NCBI GenBank assembly: GCA_016181935.1
Contig: JACOYI010000003.1
Coordinates: 35,741 to 99,740, forward strand
Direction of reading: 5' to 3'
Source: Candidatus Niyogibacteria bacterium
GTDB lineage: Bacteria > Patescibacteriota > Minisyncoccia > HO2-45-28
Length of the DNA: 64,000 nucleotides
This document shows, piece after piece, positions 20,495 to 29,837 of this stretch. A model generated the notes under the pieces. That model worked only from the letters and a program-made list of their open reading frames with translations. It was not told the DNA's origin and did not search any database. Each line of letters starts with the position of its first letter. Within the stretch, counting starts at the first letter, position 1. The translations under genes and the position numbers were made by a program.

Positions 20495-21802
20495 ATGATC
20501 CACCTGGGAACCGATCCAGATGTGCTTTCAGATGCGGCTCGGGTCATGTTGCGGCGCCTCGATGCGCCAAAGCGGAAGACGGATATTCCAGTCCCGCCCC
20601 TGATCGCGGAATTTTTCGGTATGCATAAAGCCGGAAAAGACACGCAATTGGTGGAGGTCGACCGATGGGCCAAACGGAATGGTTTTAATGCATTTATCGA
20701 GCGAGAGTCCGCAGAAGCCGACGAAATCCGCCGGTTCCCGCGCGATAATCCGTACGTTTATGAGATGAGGCATTTTACCTACGCGTTTAAGGCGCTGCTC
20801 GATGCGTTCGGAAGCCGCGATTATCATTTTGTGGCATTGAATCGCGGCATTGTGGATACGCTCGTGTGGCTCGAGGTGGGGCGGCACCAGCAAAAAATCA
20901 CGGAAGAAGCGCAGGCGGCCGCCAAACAGCTGATCTTGGGAGGGCCGTGGCTTGCCAGCGTTGACGCATTTTTTTATCTCACCTGCAGCGTTGAAAAGGC
21001 GCTCGAAAGGGAATATGGGACGACAACCGGAGCCATCAAATACGGCTCACGGATGAACCCGCCCATGCTTGCATTGATGCACGGGTGCCTGGAAAGCGTG
21101 TATCAGGAATTACGCGAGACATTTCCCCAGCTTCCGATCTGCCGGATCGACACGACCAAAAAAACCATCGCTGACGTACGCGACGAGATCCTCTCATTTC
21201 TTTTGAGTTCCGCGATGGAACGCCGGCGTCTGGAGGAAACGGACGTTCTGCCGTGGTGCGGAGCGCTTCTGCGCGAGAAAGCGCGGATGGCGGGTCCGGA
21301 GATCAAATTCCGTCGGGCGGTTTCGCATGATGCGCTCCGGAGTAACGGGTGGCAGATGCAGGGCGTGACGCTGGAAGAGGACATTTTTCTCAAGCCCCGA
21401 AATCAGGAATTGCAAGGCAACGAATGTTTTCATTTGCGCCGGTCGGGCGAACGATGGTATTTCGTGTACAAGCGGGAAGGAGCGGACTCGCGGCATTGGG
21501 CGAAAATCCACATTCCAGTTTCGCAGGAGGGCGCTGCTGAAATTCTTGAGGTATTCGAGCGGGTTGCGGTGGTCAAAAAACGGCGGGAGATCTTCACGCG
21601 CGACCACTTCATCTTGAATCGGGATGACGTGGAGGGGCTCGGCGCATTTACGGAGGTGAAATCGTCAAAACCCACGGATGAGGACCGGCTGTTACGGGCG
21701 GCTCGCAAGCTTGGCTTGGAGGACGGCGACATCCTGCCGGAAAGTTATGTGAATTTGCAAAGAAAAATGGCCGGCGCCGCGCCGATAGCGCAAGCGGTCT
21801 GA
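20495..21802 (+). CDS. Fusion of a thymidylate-kinase-like P-loop domain and a CYTH domain
   Basis: EFFGMHKAGKDT and LNRG in the N-terminal half; EIKFR, VVKKRREIF, DDVEGLGAFTEV and SY in the C-terminal half. Confidence 0.7.
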   Translation: MIHLGTDPDVLSDAARVMLRRLDAPKRKTDIPVPPLIAEFFGMHKAGKDTQLVEVDRWAKRNGFNAFIERESAEADEIRRFPRDNPYVYEMRHFTYAFKALLDAFGSRDYHFVALNRGIVDTLVWLEVGRHQQKITEEAQAAAKQLILGGPWLASVDAFFYLTCSVEKALEREYGTTTGAIKYGSRMNPPMLALMHGCLESVYQELRETFPQLPICRIDTTKKTIADVRDEILSFLLSSAMERRRLEETDVLPWCGALLREKARMAGPEIKFRRAVSHDALRSNGWQMQGVTLEEDIFLKPRNQELQGNECFHLRRSGERWYFVYKREGADSRHWAKIHIPVSQEGAAEILEVFERVAVVKKRREIFTRDHFILNRDDVEGLGAFTEVKSSKPTDEDRLLRAARKLGLEDGDILPESYVNLQRKMAGAAPIAQAV

Positions 21803-21843
21803 TAATAGAGCCGCCAGCCCAAAGGCCGGCGGTTTTTCTTTTG

Positions 21844-21908
21844 TGCGTGCGCTTGGATTCGCCCTATCATTCGATAGGGCGCCCCGTCGGATGACGGGGC
21901 GAACCTTT
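21844..21908 (-). pseudogene. Degenerate tRNA 3' part with two palindromes inserted in the T-loop
   Basis: Minus strand GGTTC-[GCCCCGTCATCCGACGGGGC][GCCCTATCGAATGATAGGGC]-GAATCC. Confidence 0.5.
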
Positions 21909-21914
21909 GCCGTG

Positions 21915-21986
21915 TGGGTGTGCTAGGATTCGAACCTAGAACCACGAAGGTATAAGCTTCGCGCTCTACCATTGAGCTACACACCC
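21915..21986 (-). tRNA. tRNA-Ile(UAU)
   Basis: GGGTGTG/CACACCC acceptor, CGAAG-CTTATAC-CTTCG anticodon arm, CTAGG-TTCGAAT-CCTAG T-arm. Confidence 0.95.
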
Positions 21987-22016
21987 ATTTGCCTTGCTCC
22001 TCGCTCACTGCCAGCG

Positions 22017-22080
22017 ATAAGCTCCGTGCTCCCTACCTGCCTGCCTGCCGGCAGGCAGGTACCGATTGAGCTACGGGTGC
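22017..22080 (-). pseudogene. 5' half of a second tRNA(UAU) with a palindrome inserted in the D-loop
   Basis: Minus strand GCACCCG-TA-GCTCAATCGGTA-[CCTGCCTGCCGGCAGGCAGGCAGGTAGG]-GAGCA-CGGAG-CTTAT. Confidence 0.75.
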
Positions 22081-22218
22081 GTTGAAACCGCCCTTATTCT
22101 AGCACTGTGTGGATAACTTTTCTATCCTATTTTGTCAACCCCCCGTATAATGACCATGTTATTGCTTTTATCTTTTTAAAGGTCGAGTTTGTATTATTCA
22201 ATGAATTTATAAGCGAAT

Positions 22219-22812
22219 ATGCAACCTTCCTTTAATAAATGGCTCCCGATCGCGTTGATGATCGGCGTGCTCGCCGGATTTTCGGTATGGCTGACCGTTG
22301 GCTGGCTTTCGGTGAACATCGCGGGGTGGCTGGGCGCCGTATGGGCTTTGTTTATCAGCTGGGGATTGTATTTTGCCGGAGGCGCCAAACTGTCGCGTCT
22401 TCACAAATATTTCTTCGGGCTGACCGGCGGCATCGTTTTCGGCTGGCTCACGCTTCTTGTTTACGGCTGGATTTTGGCCTATGTGGGTGATCCATGGGCA
22501 TTGCCATTGACGGTGTTTCTTGCCGCCACATCGATCGTGCTTCTTGAGCTGACGGATTGGTTCGAATATGCCCCCGCGTATTTTCTGACCTATGCGGGAT
22601 ATTTCGCGTTTGTGTTCGGTAATTTCGCGCCGGGGGCGACCGTCGAGATGGCGGCGATCTATTTCTGGATCCTTATCATGATCGGCGTCGGGTTCGGCAT
22701 CGTTTCCGCCGTCGTCAAAGACAAAATGTTCGATTGGATGCGTGTTCCTAAAAGTCAGCGTCAAACGGTATTTGATCGCGAAAACCGCGGAATGTACGGC
22801 TTGATGCAGTGA
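22219..22812 (+). CDS. Integral membrane protein, DUF1097/YcdZ-like
   Basis: About six hydrophobic segments; WALFISWGLYFAGG pattern. Confidence 0.65.
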   Translation: MQPSFNKWLPIALMIGVLAGFSVWLTVGWLSVNIAGWLGAVWALFISWGLYFAGGAKLSRLHKYFFGLTGGIVFGWLTLLVYGWILAYVGDPWALPLTVFLAATSIVLLELTDWFEYAPAYFLTYAGYFAFVFGNFAPGATVEMAAIYFWILIMIGVGFGIVSAVVKDKMFDWMRVPKSQRQTVFDRENRGMYGLMQ

Positions 22813-22832
22813 TTTTTTTGACGTCAAAACCG

Positions 22833-22875
22833 CCCCAAAGGTAGTCCTGCGGGTCAGAAACGGACTACCCTTGGG
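22833..22875. repeat. REP-like palindrome, family R, copy 2
   Basis: CCCCAAAGGTAGTCC-TGCGGGTCAGAAAC-GGACTACCCTTGGG; opposite orientation to the 48791 copy. Confidence 0.85.
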
Positions 22876-22974
22876 ACGGTTTTTGATTTGCCCATCCACA
22901 ACTGTTATGAAAAGGCGCGAAGGTTTATTATAGAGAAGGAACGGAATTTGAAAATTTTTGCATGGAGGCGTGTC

Positions 22975-24996
22975 ATGCCCGAAAACAACCGATTCGATGT
23001 TGACCGCGCGATCACGGATGACGCCGAACGAAAAAAGGAAAAAGGCGCCCAAAAGCAGGAAATTCTGTTCGCTGAATATCTGAAGCGCGTTCAAGAAGAT
23101 CCGAAGATCGCCCAGAACGCCCATGCGCGGGTTTTGGAAACGGTCTTGGGCTTCAGCGTGGAGGATATTCCGGAAGCGGAGCGATGGTTGGGCGTCGAGA
23201 AGCGCTATTCTTTGATCGCATCCAAACTTTTCGGCATTGAAAAGCCGACCGAAGAGATCATGCGATACCTGGAGGCGGGCGCCGAAGGGCTTCCGATCGG
23301 CAAGCAAATTCTTTTGATCGTGGGTCCGACCGCGAGCGGAAAATCCACGTTCGTGAATATTCTCAAGCACGCGCTCGAACACTATCACGAGCGCCCGGTC
23401 TTTATGATCAAAGGGTGTCCCCTGTACGAAGAACCGCTTCATTTGCTGCCTCGTCATCTTCGGGATGAATTTTTCGAGAAAACGAGCATCCGGATCCGCG
23501 GGGATCTCTGTCCGCATTGCCGATATCGACTGATGGAAGAATACAAAGGAGAATGGGCGCGCGTGCCCATCGAAACGTTCACATTCTCGATCCAAGGAAC
23601 GCGCGGTATCGGGTCATTTGAGCCATCGGATGAAAAATCGTCCGATGTTTCCGAGCTCGTGGGCCGTGAGAATATCGCCATCAGTTCAAGAAAGGGCACG
23701 GATCATCCGTTGGCATATTCGCTTTCCGGAGAGTTGGAAAAAGCGAATCGCGGCATTTTCGAGGGGCGGGAGCTTATCAAGGCCGACGAAAAGCTTTTGT
23801 GGGTGTTGATCAGCGCCGCCGAAGAAGGGGAGATCAAAGTTCAGGGCTCAACGCTTCCCCATATTTCTGTTGATGTTTTGATGATCGGTCATACGAATCT
23901 TACGGAATACCGGAAATTCGCGGCGCGTCAGGAAAATGAAGCGCTGCACGACCGGATGTATGTGGTCACATTCCCGTATCTGTTGCGGGTCAAGGACGAG
24001 GTGGCGCTGTATCGCAAGCTCATTCGAAGCGAAAACGATTTCTCGGATCTTCGTAAATGCCATGTGGCGCCGGGAACGCTCGAAATGGCGGCGATCTTTG
24101 CGGTACTTTCGCGGCTTCTGGATTCGCAAATGGGCGTGGATGCGTTGACCAAACTCAAGCTCTATAACGGCGACAAAGCGCTCACCGAGATTCAGAACAA
24201 AGAAAAAATGCCGGTGGATCTGCGCGCGCTCATCGAAGAAGGTCAGGCATCGTCGGATATTTCCAAGCGCGAAGGCATGTTCGGCATCAGCCCCCGGGAC
24301 GTATTGGCTGCGCTCAACACGTCGCTGGTCGCTCAAAAAGGGAAAAACGGATGCTTAACGCCGCTTCGGGCGATCCGCGCGATCCGCGAGATCTTTGAGC
24401 ACCGGATGGGATATACGCCCGAGGAGATCGAGCGGTTCCGAACGCTCTTGTCTGCAGGAGAGGGCGGCAGCGTGATGACCGAGTATCATGATTTTGCGGT
24501 TCGAACCGTAAGCCGAGCGTTTTTGCACGCGTACGACGATCTTAAGCGGGACCTGTTCGGAAGGTATATCAACGAGATCGAATTTTACCGCGAAACGAAA
24601 CGAAAATTCGTTCGCGGTCAGACCCATGATATTCGCAGAGACGAGCTGACCGGAAAACCCAAAGAACCGGACACGAAGTTGATGCGGTCCGTGGAAGAGC
24701 AAATCCCGATCGTCGAATCGGAGGCGGAAGCATTTCGGGGCGAGATCTTGGAATTCAAAGCGGGGACTCCGAATTTTTCTTACGATACCTATCCGCCGCT
24801 TGCCCAAGCCATTGATAAAAAATTATTGCACGACAGCCGGTCGGTTTTGACGCTTGTTTTGGATCCCAACCGTCCTCGCGGCGATGAAGAAAAAAAGCGG
24901 GTTGGAGATCTTTTTAACGCGCTAAAAATGCGTGAGCATTGCGAGGTTTGCGCTCGGGAATTGGTGGAAAAGGCCAGTGAATTTTTGAGGGAATAG
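22975..24996 (+). CDS. prkA: PrkA/YeaG AAA+ family protein
   Basis: GPTASGKST, CPLYEEPL, GDLCPHC, SGELEKANRG, GHTN, EALHDR; GGAGG RBS. Confidence 0.93.
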   Translation: MPENNRFDVDRAITDDAERKKEKGAQKQEILFAEYLKRVQEDPKIAQNAHARVLETVLGFSVEDIPEAERWLGVEKRYSLIASKLFGIEKPTEEIMRYLEAGAEGLPIGKQILLIVGPTASGKSTFVNILKHALEHYHERPVFMIKGCPLYEEPLHLLPRHLRDEFFEKTSIRIRGDLCPHCRYRLMEEYKGEWARVPIETFTFSIQGTRGIGSFEPSDEKSSDVSELVGRENIAISSRKGTDHPLAYSLSGELEKANRGIFEGRELIKADEKLLWVLISAAEEGEIKVQGSTLPHISVDVLMIGHTNLTEYRKFAARQENEALHDRMYVVTFPYLLRVKDEVALYRKLIRSENDFSDLRKCHVAPGTLEMAAIFAVLSRLLDSQMGVDALTKLKLYNGDKALTEIQNKEKMPVDLRALIEEGQASSDISKREGMFGISPRDVLAALNTSLVAQKGKNGCLTPLRAIRAIREIFEHRMGYTPEEIERFRTLLSAGEGGSVMTEYHDFAVRTVSRAFLHAYDDLKRDLFGRYINEIEFYRETKRKFVRGQTHDIRRDELTGKPKEPDTKLMRSVEEQIPIVESEAEAFRGEILEFKAGTPNFSYDTYPPLAQAIDKKLLHDSRSVLTLVLDPNRPRGDEEKKRVGDLFNALKMREHCEVCARELVEKASEFLRE

Positions 24997-25083
24997 TGTT
25001 ATTGCCCAGCCCAGTAGGACTGGGCTTTTGTTTTCGCGGTATAATCAAGGCGAAGCGCATTTTGACAACACCTAGAGGTTCCG

Positions 25084-26394
25084 ATGCCGATCATCCGTTC
25101 CGATCCGGTCGCGCAGAAAGGAAAAAAGGACGCCGCGCGGCACCGCGAGAAACAAAAAGACGCCATTCGAAGACAATTGCCCGAGATCATTGCGAGGGAA
25201 TCCATTATCACGTCGAAAAAAGGAAAGATCGTGAAAGTTCCCATTCGTATCATGGATATTCCGCATTTTCGCCCCGCACAAGGTTCTGCGGGTGCGGGAG
25301 TCGGACAAGGGAAGGGAAAAGCCGGGGGTGTTATCGGTCGGCGTCCCGGAACCGGAAAACCGGGCGAGGCGGGAGACCGTCCGGGCGAGGAATATCTGGA
25401 AACAGAGATCGAAATGGAGGAATTGATCGAAATGATGATCGAAGACCTCGGCCTTCCGCGGCTGGAAGAGCGGAAGGGCGAAGGAATGGTCGCCGAAACC
25501 CGATTTAAGATCCGCGGCATTCAGAAAACAGGTCCGTGGGTGCTTTTGGATAAACGAAGGAGCGCCCGGGAGGGGTTGCGCCGGTTTTGGGAATTTTTGC
25601 ATTATCTTGTCAAGGAAACCGGCCGCGATGAGCTCGCCTGTTTTGATGCGCTCGAGCAGACGGATGGTATCCTTGCCGACGCGTTGGAATTGCTGAAAAG
25701 CGGCGCCTATGCGCCGATCCATACGGTTTTTGAGCCGTTTCCGATCTTCTATCCCGACGATCTCCGGTTTTTGGAACAGAAAAAGGACATAGAGTATCAT
25801 TCGCAAGCCGTGGTGTTCGCCCTGATGGATACGTCGGGCTCCATGACGGACAAAAAAAAATATCTTGCGCGCTCGGCGCTTTTTTGGCTCGCGGCATTTT
25901 TGCGAACGATCTACGAGCGGGTCGAGATCCGGTTCATCATTCACGATGCCCGAGCCGAGGTCGTAGAGGAGGAGGAATTTTTCAAGAAAGTACTGGGCGG
26001 CGGAACGCGCGCGTGGACCGCGTACGAACTTGCCGGAGGACTTATGGATTCCGAATATCCGGTATCGGAGTGGAATATCTATTTATGGCATTTTTCGGAC
26101 GGGGAAGATTTTGAACCCGCGCGCGCGGCTCTCGAAGCGAAGAAACTGATCGAACGCGGCATTTCCATGTTCGGGTATGGCGAGATCGAACCGAGCAGCA
26201 GCCATTCCGATTCGGCGCTGCTCGCGGCCTTCAAGGAAATACTGGATGTTCAGGTTCACTGGAAAGAGGGGTTCATGGTGGTCGCAGGGCGGGACATGCC
26301 ATTTCTTGCGGTCGCGATCCAGAAAAAGGAGCACGTTCATTTGGCGCTTCGCGAATTTCTGGACAAAGAGAGGTGGGGCCATGCAACGAAGTGA
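25084..26394 (+). CDS. yeaH: YeaH/YhbH (DUF444) VWA-domain protein
   Basis: DAARHR, Gly-rich linker, MDTSGSM MIDAS, GGT, WNIY..HFSDGED. Confidence 0.92.
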   Translation: MPIIRSDPVAQKGKKDAARHREKQKDAIRRQLPEIIARESIITSKKGKIVKVPIRIMDIPHFRPAQGSAGAGVGQGKGKAGGVIGRRPGTGKPGEAGDRPGEEYLETEIEMEELIEMMIEDLGLPRLEERKGEGMVAETRFKIRGIQKTGPWVLLDKRRSAREGLRRFWEFLHYLVKETGRDELACFDALEQTDGILADALELLKSGAYAPIHTVFEPFPIFYPDDLRFLEQKKDIEYHSQAVVFALMDTSGSMTDKKKYLARSALFWLAAFLRTIYERVEIRFIIHDARAEVVEEEEFFKKVLGGGTRAWTAYELAGGLMDSEYPVSEWNIYLWHFSDGEDFEPARAALEAKKLIERGISMFGYGEIEPSSSHSDSALLAAFKEILDVQVHWKEGFMVVAGRDMPFLAVAIQKKEHVHLALREFLDKERWGHATK

Positions 26395-27919
26395 CGTAAA
26401 GCGATTGGAAACCGTTGAGCGCCGGAGCCGCGAGATCGCCGAAGAGTTCGGACTTTCCACGACCGATGTCATGTTCGAAATCGTGTCGAGCCAGCAGATG
26501 CTCGAAGGGATGGCGTATCGGTTTCCGACCAATTTTTCCCATTGGACGTTCGGACGGGATTACGAACGCCAGCGCACGATCTATGAACATACGGGCGGCG
26601 GCCTTCCCTACGAGGTCGTGTGGAATTTTGAGGTGCCACGGGCGTTTTTGATGGAATCGAATCCATTCGCATTGAATGCGCTCGTCATCGCGCATGTGTG
26701 GGGGCATGTGGATTTTTTTCTGGAGAGCCGGTATCTCCAGCGCGGCCGCGCTTTTTCCGACATTGCCGGAGAAGCGCGAAGCGCCGCCGAGCGGTTTCGC
26801 GGCTATGAAGAGCGGTATGGAAAAGAAAACATGGAAAAATTCATTGACGCGGCCATGTCCATTGAGTGGCATCAGCATCCGGATCCCTTTTTTGAGGAGC
26901 CGGATGAAGAAGAAATGCGTGAGCGGCTGATCCAGCGAGAACGCGCAATGCTCGAACGCACGCGCGATATTCATTCCCAGTTCAAAAAACCGGAAACGAA
27001 AGCCGAGATCCGTGAGATCGAAAAACGCCTGAAACGTCTGTCACGCAAAACTCCGCCTGGGCCGGTATACGACCTCTTGTGGTATATCACCCGGAAATCT
27101 CCTCTGCCGCTCGAACCGTGGCAGCAGGATGTGTTGTCGGTGGTCCGCAGTCAGGCGCGCGCACTTTCTCCCAACCGCAAGACCAAAATGCTGAACGAGG
27201 GATGGGCGACCTATTGGCATGTCCGGATCATGCGGCGGCTGTTCGAGGAAGGGATACTGGACGCAAAAGAGCACGGCATTTTTTCGGATTTCCATGCGAA
27301 GGTCACGCGTCCTCTGCGCCGCGATTTCAATTGGTACGCGATCGGGCCGGCGCTTTACGAATATGTACGCGAGCGGTGGGATCGCGGGCAATTCGGGCTC
27401 GAATTCGAGGAATGCGGCGATTCCGCAAAAAGAGCGTACTGGGATACGAAAGTAGGCAAGGGGCGGGAGAAAATATTCGAACTGCGGTCGTTTTACACCG
27501 ATCGCATGGCCATTGAGCATTTCTTTGATGCGGATTTCATCCGTCGCAACGATCTGTATCTTTATACGGAGACCGTGGATCCGCAAAATGGGGACATTGT
27601 GGATGTCATTGCGGAAAAGGATCCTGAAACGATCCGGCGCATGTTGAAACACGCCTTTGTTCATTACGGGACGCCCGTGATCCGCGTGGAGGACGGGAAT
27701 CATAATCAGCGCAGCGAACTCTATTTGGTGCATGAATTCGACGGATTCGAATTGGATCCGGCGTATCGCGACCGGACGCTCGAAAATATCCATGAACTTT
27801 GGGGACGCGCCGTGCATCTGGAAACGGTCATTCAGGGAAAGCGGACGCTTTGCACGTATAACGGAAGAAGCGTCTCGACGGATACGGGTTCTTCGGCCGA
27901 CGGATTGATGGAATTATGA
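26381..27919 (+). CDS. spoVR: SpoVR/YcgB family protein
   Basis: SHWTFGRDY, LPYEVV, VIAHVWGHVDFF, TKMLNEGWATYWH. Confidence 0.93.
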   Translation: MQRSDVKRLETVERRSREIAEEFGLSTTDVMFEIVSSQQMLEGMAYRFPTNFSHWTFGRDYERQRTIYEHTGGGLPYEVVWNFEVPRAFLMESNPFALNALVIAHVWGHVDFFLESRYLQRGRAFSDIAGEARSAAERFRGYEERYGKENMEKFIDAAMSIEWHQHPDPFFEEPDEEEMRERLIQRERAMLERTRDIHSQFKKPETKAEIREIEKRLKRLSRKTPPGPVYDLLWYITRKSPLPLEPWQQDVLSVVRSQARALSPNRKTKMLNEGWATYWHVRIMRRLFEEGILDAKEHGIFSDFHAKVTRPLRRDFNWYAIGPALYEYVRERWDRGQFGLEFEECGDSAKRAYWDTKVGKGREKIFELRSFYTDRMAIEHFFDADFIRRNDLYLYTETVDPQNGDIVDVIAEKDPETIRRMLKHAFVHYGTPVIRVEDGNHNQRSELYLVHEFDGFELDPAYRDRTLENIHELWGRAVHLETVIQGKRTLCTYNGRSVSTDTGSSADGLMEL

Positions 27920-27987
27920 CGTGAGTATCAAAGCTCCGCCTTCGCGGCGGGGCTTTTTTTCTTGACGCAGGCGCGTATAATGGTGGC

Positions 27988-29505
27988 GTGACACAGCCGT
28001 ATTTGCATATCGGGAATTTCCGCAACCTCACGGGCCGCGACCGTCTGCTCTATCGCCTATTTGAAATCATTCCCGCGTTTTTGTCGTGGGGCACGCTCGC
28101 GGGCGTTGTTTTTTTGTCGGAAGTCTGGCCCGCCGGCATCGCGGTTTTCATCATCCTGTTCGACCTGTATTGGCTTATCAAGACGATGTATTTATCGCTG
28201 CATTTGCGCGCGAACTGGAGACGGCTCGAGAATTTTCAGGCGATGGACTGGGAGGCGCGCCTGAAAAATGTGAGATGGGATCATGTGCGCCAACTGGTGA
28301 TCTTGCCGCTTTCGCGCGAAGGGTGGGAGGTGGTGGACGCGACACTGCATTCACTTGCGAATTCAAAATGGCCTCAGGAGCGCCTGATGGTCGTGCTGGC
28401 ATGCGAGGAGAGGGCGCGCGATACGGCGGAAGCGGTGGCAAAAAAAGCGGAGGAAAAATACGGCGCTCTGTTCCGGCATTTTTTGGTCACATGGCATCCG
28501 GCGGGGCTCACGGGCGAAGTCGCGGGCAAGGGCTCGAATATCACGTGGGCCGCTAAAGAAGCGCAAAAGCTCATCGATGCCGAAAAAATTCCGTATGAGG
28601 ATATTCTGGTCTCGGCTTTCGACGTCGACACGCAGGCGGGGCCGCAGTATTTTTTGTGCCTTGCGTATCACTTTTTGACGGCGGAGAAACCGCATCGCTC
28701 GAGCTATCAACCGGTGCCGCTCTATAACAACAACATCTGGAGAGCTCCGGCCGCATCGCGGGTCGTTGCGACCTCGGGCACGTTTTGGCAGATGATGCAG
28801 CAGGAACGGCCCGAACGCCTGTCCACGTTTTCGTCGCACTCGATGAGCTTCAAAATGCTTGCGGATGTCGGCTTCTGGCAGACCAACGTCGTATCCGAGG
28901 ATTCGCGGATCTTCTGGAATGCGCTCCTGCATTATGACGGCGATTACCGCGTGGTGCCGATGGCATTTCCGGTTTCGATGGATGCGAACGTCGGGCGCAA
29001 TGTATGGGAAACCATGAAGCAGGTGTACAAGCAGCAGCGCCGCTGGACGTGGGGGGTCGAAAACGTTCCGTATCTTTTTTACGGATTTTGGAAAAATAAA
29101 AAAATCCCATTCCGGACAAAGGCCTTCCATGTCGCGACGCAGCTCGAAGGATTTTGGGGGCTTGCGACCAACCCCATTCTGATCTTTTTGCTGGGATGGC
29201 TTCCGTTGATGATGGGCGGCCCCGAATTCAACGCGACGCTATTATCGTACAATTTGCCGCGTATCACGCGGTTGTTGATGACCGTGGCGATGCTTGGTCT
29301 TTTCACGTCCGCCGTCATTTCAACGCGGCTCTTGCCGCCGCGTCCGGCGGGATATGGTAAATGGCGCCACATCAGCATGATATTCCAGTGGCTGTTGATA
29401 CCGGTTACGATCGTGGTGTTCGGCGCGATCCCCGGGCTCGATGCGCAATTACGTCTCGCGCTTGGCCGCCCGCTCGGTTTTTGGGTGACACCGAAGCGAC
29501 GCTAG
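27988..29505 (+). CDS. Membrane GT2-family glycosyltransferase
   Basis: GKGSN, DVDT, VSEDS, QQRRW processive motif; TM helices at both ends. Confidence 0.85.
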   Translation: MTQPYLHIGNFRNLTGRDRLLYRLFEIIPAFLSWGTLAGVVFLSEVWPAGIAVFIILFDLYWLIKTMYLSLHLRANWRRLENFQAMDWEARLKNVRWDHVRQLVILPLSREGWEVVDATLHSLANSKWPQERLMVVLACEERARDTAEAVAKKAEEKYGALFRHFLVTWHPAGLTGEVAGKGSNITWAAKEAQKLIDAEKIPYEDILVSAFDVDTQAGPQYFLCLAYHFLTAEKPHRSSYQPVPLYNNNIWRAPAASRVVATSGTFWQMMQQERPERLSTFSSHSMSFKMLADVGFWQTNVVSEDSRIFWNALLHYDGDYRVVPMAFPVSMDANVGRNVWETMKQVYKQQRRWTWGVENVPYLFYGFWKNKKIPFRTKAFHVATQLEGFWGLATNPILIFLLGWLPLMMGGPEFNATLLSYNLPRITRLLMTVAMLGLFTSAVISTRLLPPRPAGYGKWRHISMIFQWLLIPVTIVVFGAIPGLDAQLRLALGRPLGFWVTPKRR

Positions 29506-29579
29506 CGCTACAACGTTTTTTGTTATACGTTAAAAGGAGAAATTGAAACGGTGAATTTCAGTATAAGGGAGGTTGACCG

Positions 29580-29786
29580 ATGCCGCGACACAAACATTCC
29601 GCTGGAATGTCGGAATCCGAATACCGTCGCAGGGCCAAGCGCGACTTGCCCGGTCTTATCCGGATGGGCATAAAGGCGGCGAAAAAGCTTTTTGGCGATC
29701 AGTACCTCGAATCGATCAATGAATTGGCCGATCGAGATAAGCCGGTTTCCGCTCGGAAGCAAAAAATACCGACTGGTAAGTCGTAG
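29580..29786 (+). CDS. Small basic hypothetical protein
   Basis: GGGAGG RBS; downstream hairpin GAGCCGAC-TTCT-GTCGGCTC and T-run. Confidence 0.6.
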   Translation: MPRHKHSAGMSESEYRRRAKRDLPGLIRMGIKAAKKLFGDQYLESINELADRDKPVSARKQKIPTGKS

Positions 29787-29837
29787 AACAAGGACTCGCG
29801 AGCCGACTTCTGTCGGCTCATTTTTTATTATTTCAAC

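Noticed and set aside
22207-23595. Long antisense or alternative-frame ORFs (also 17424-18515, 10966-12042, 12407-13438, 18893-19963)
   Set aside because: They shadow well-supported genes in GC-rich DNA and have no motifs.
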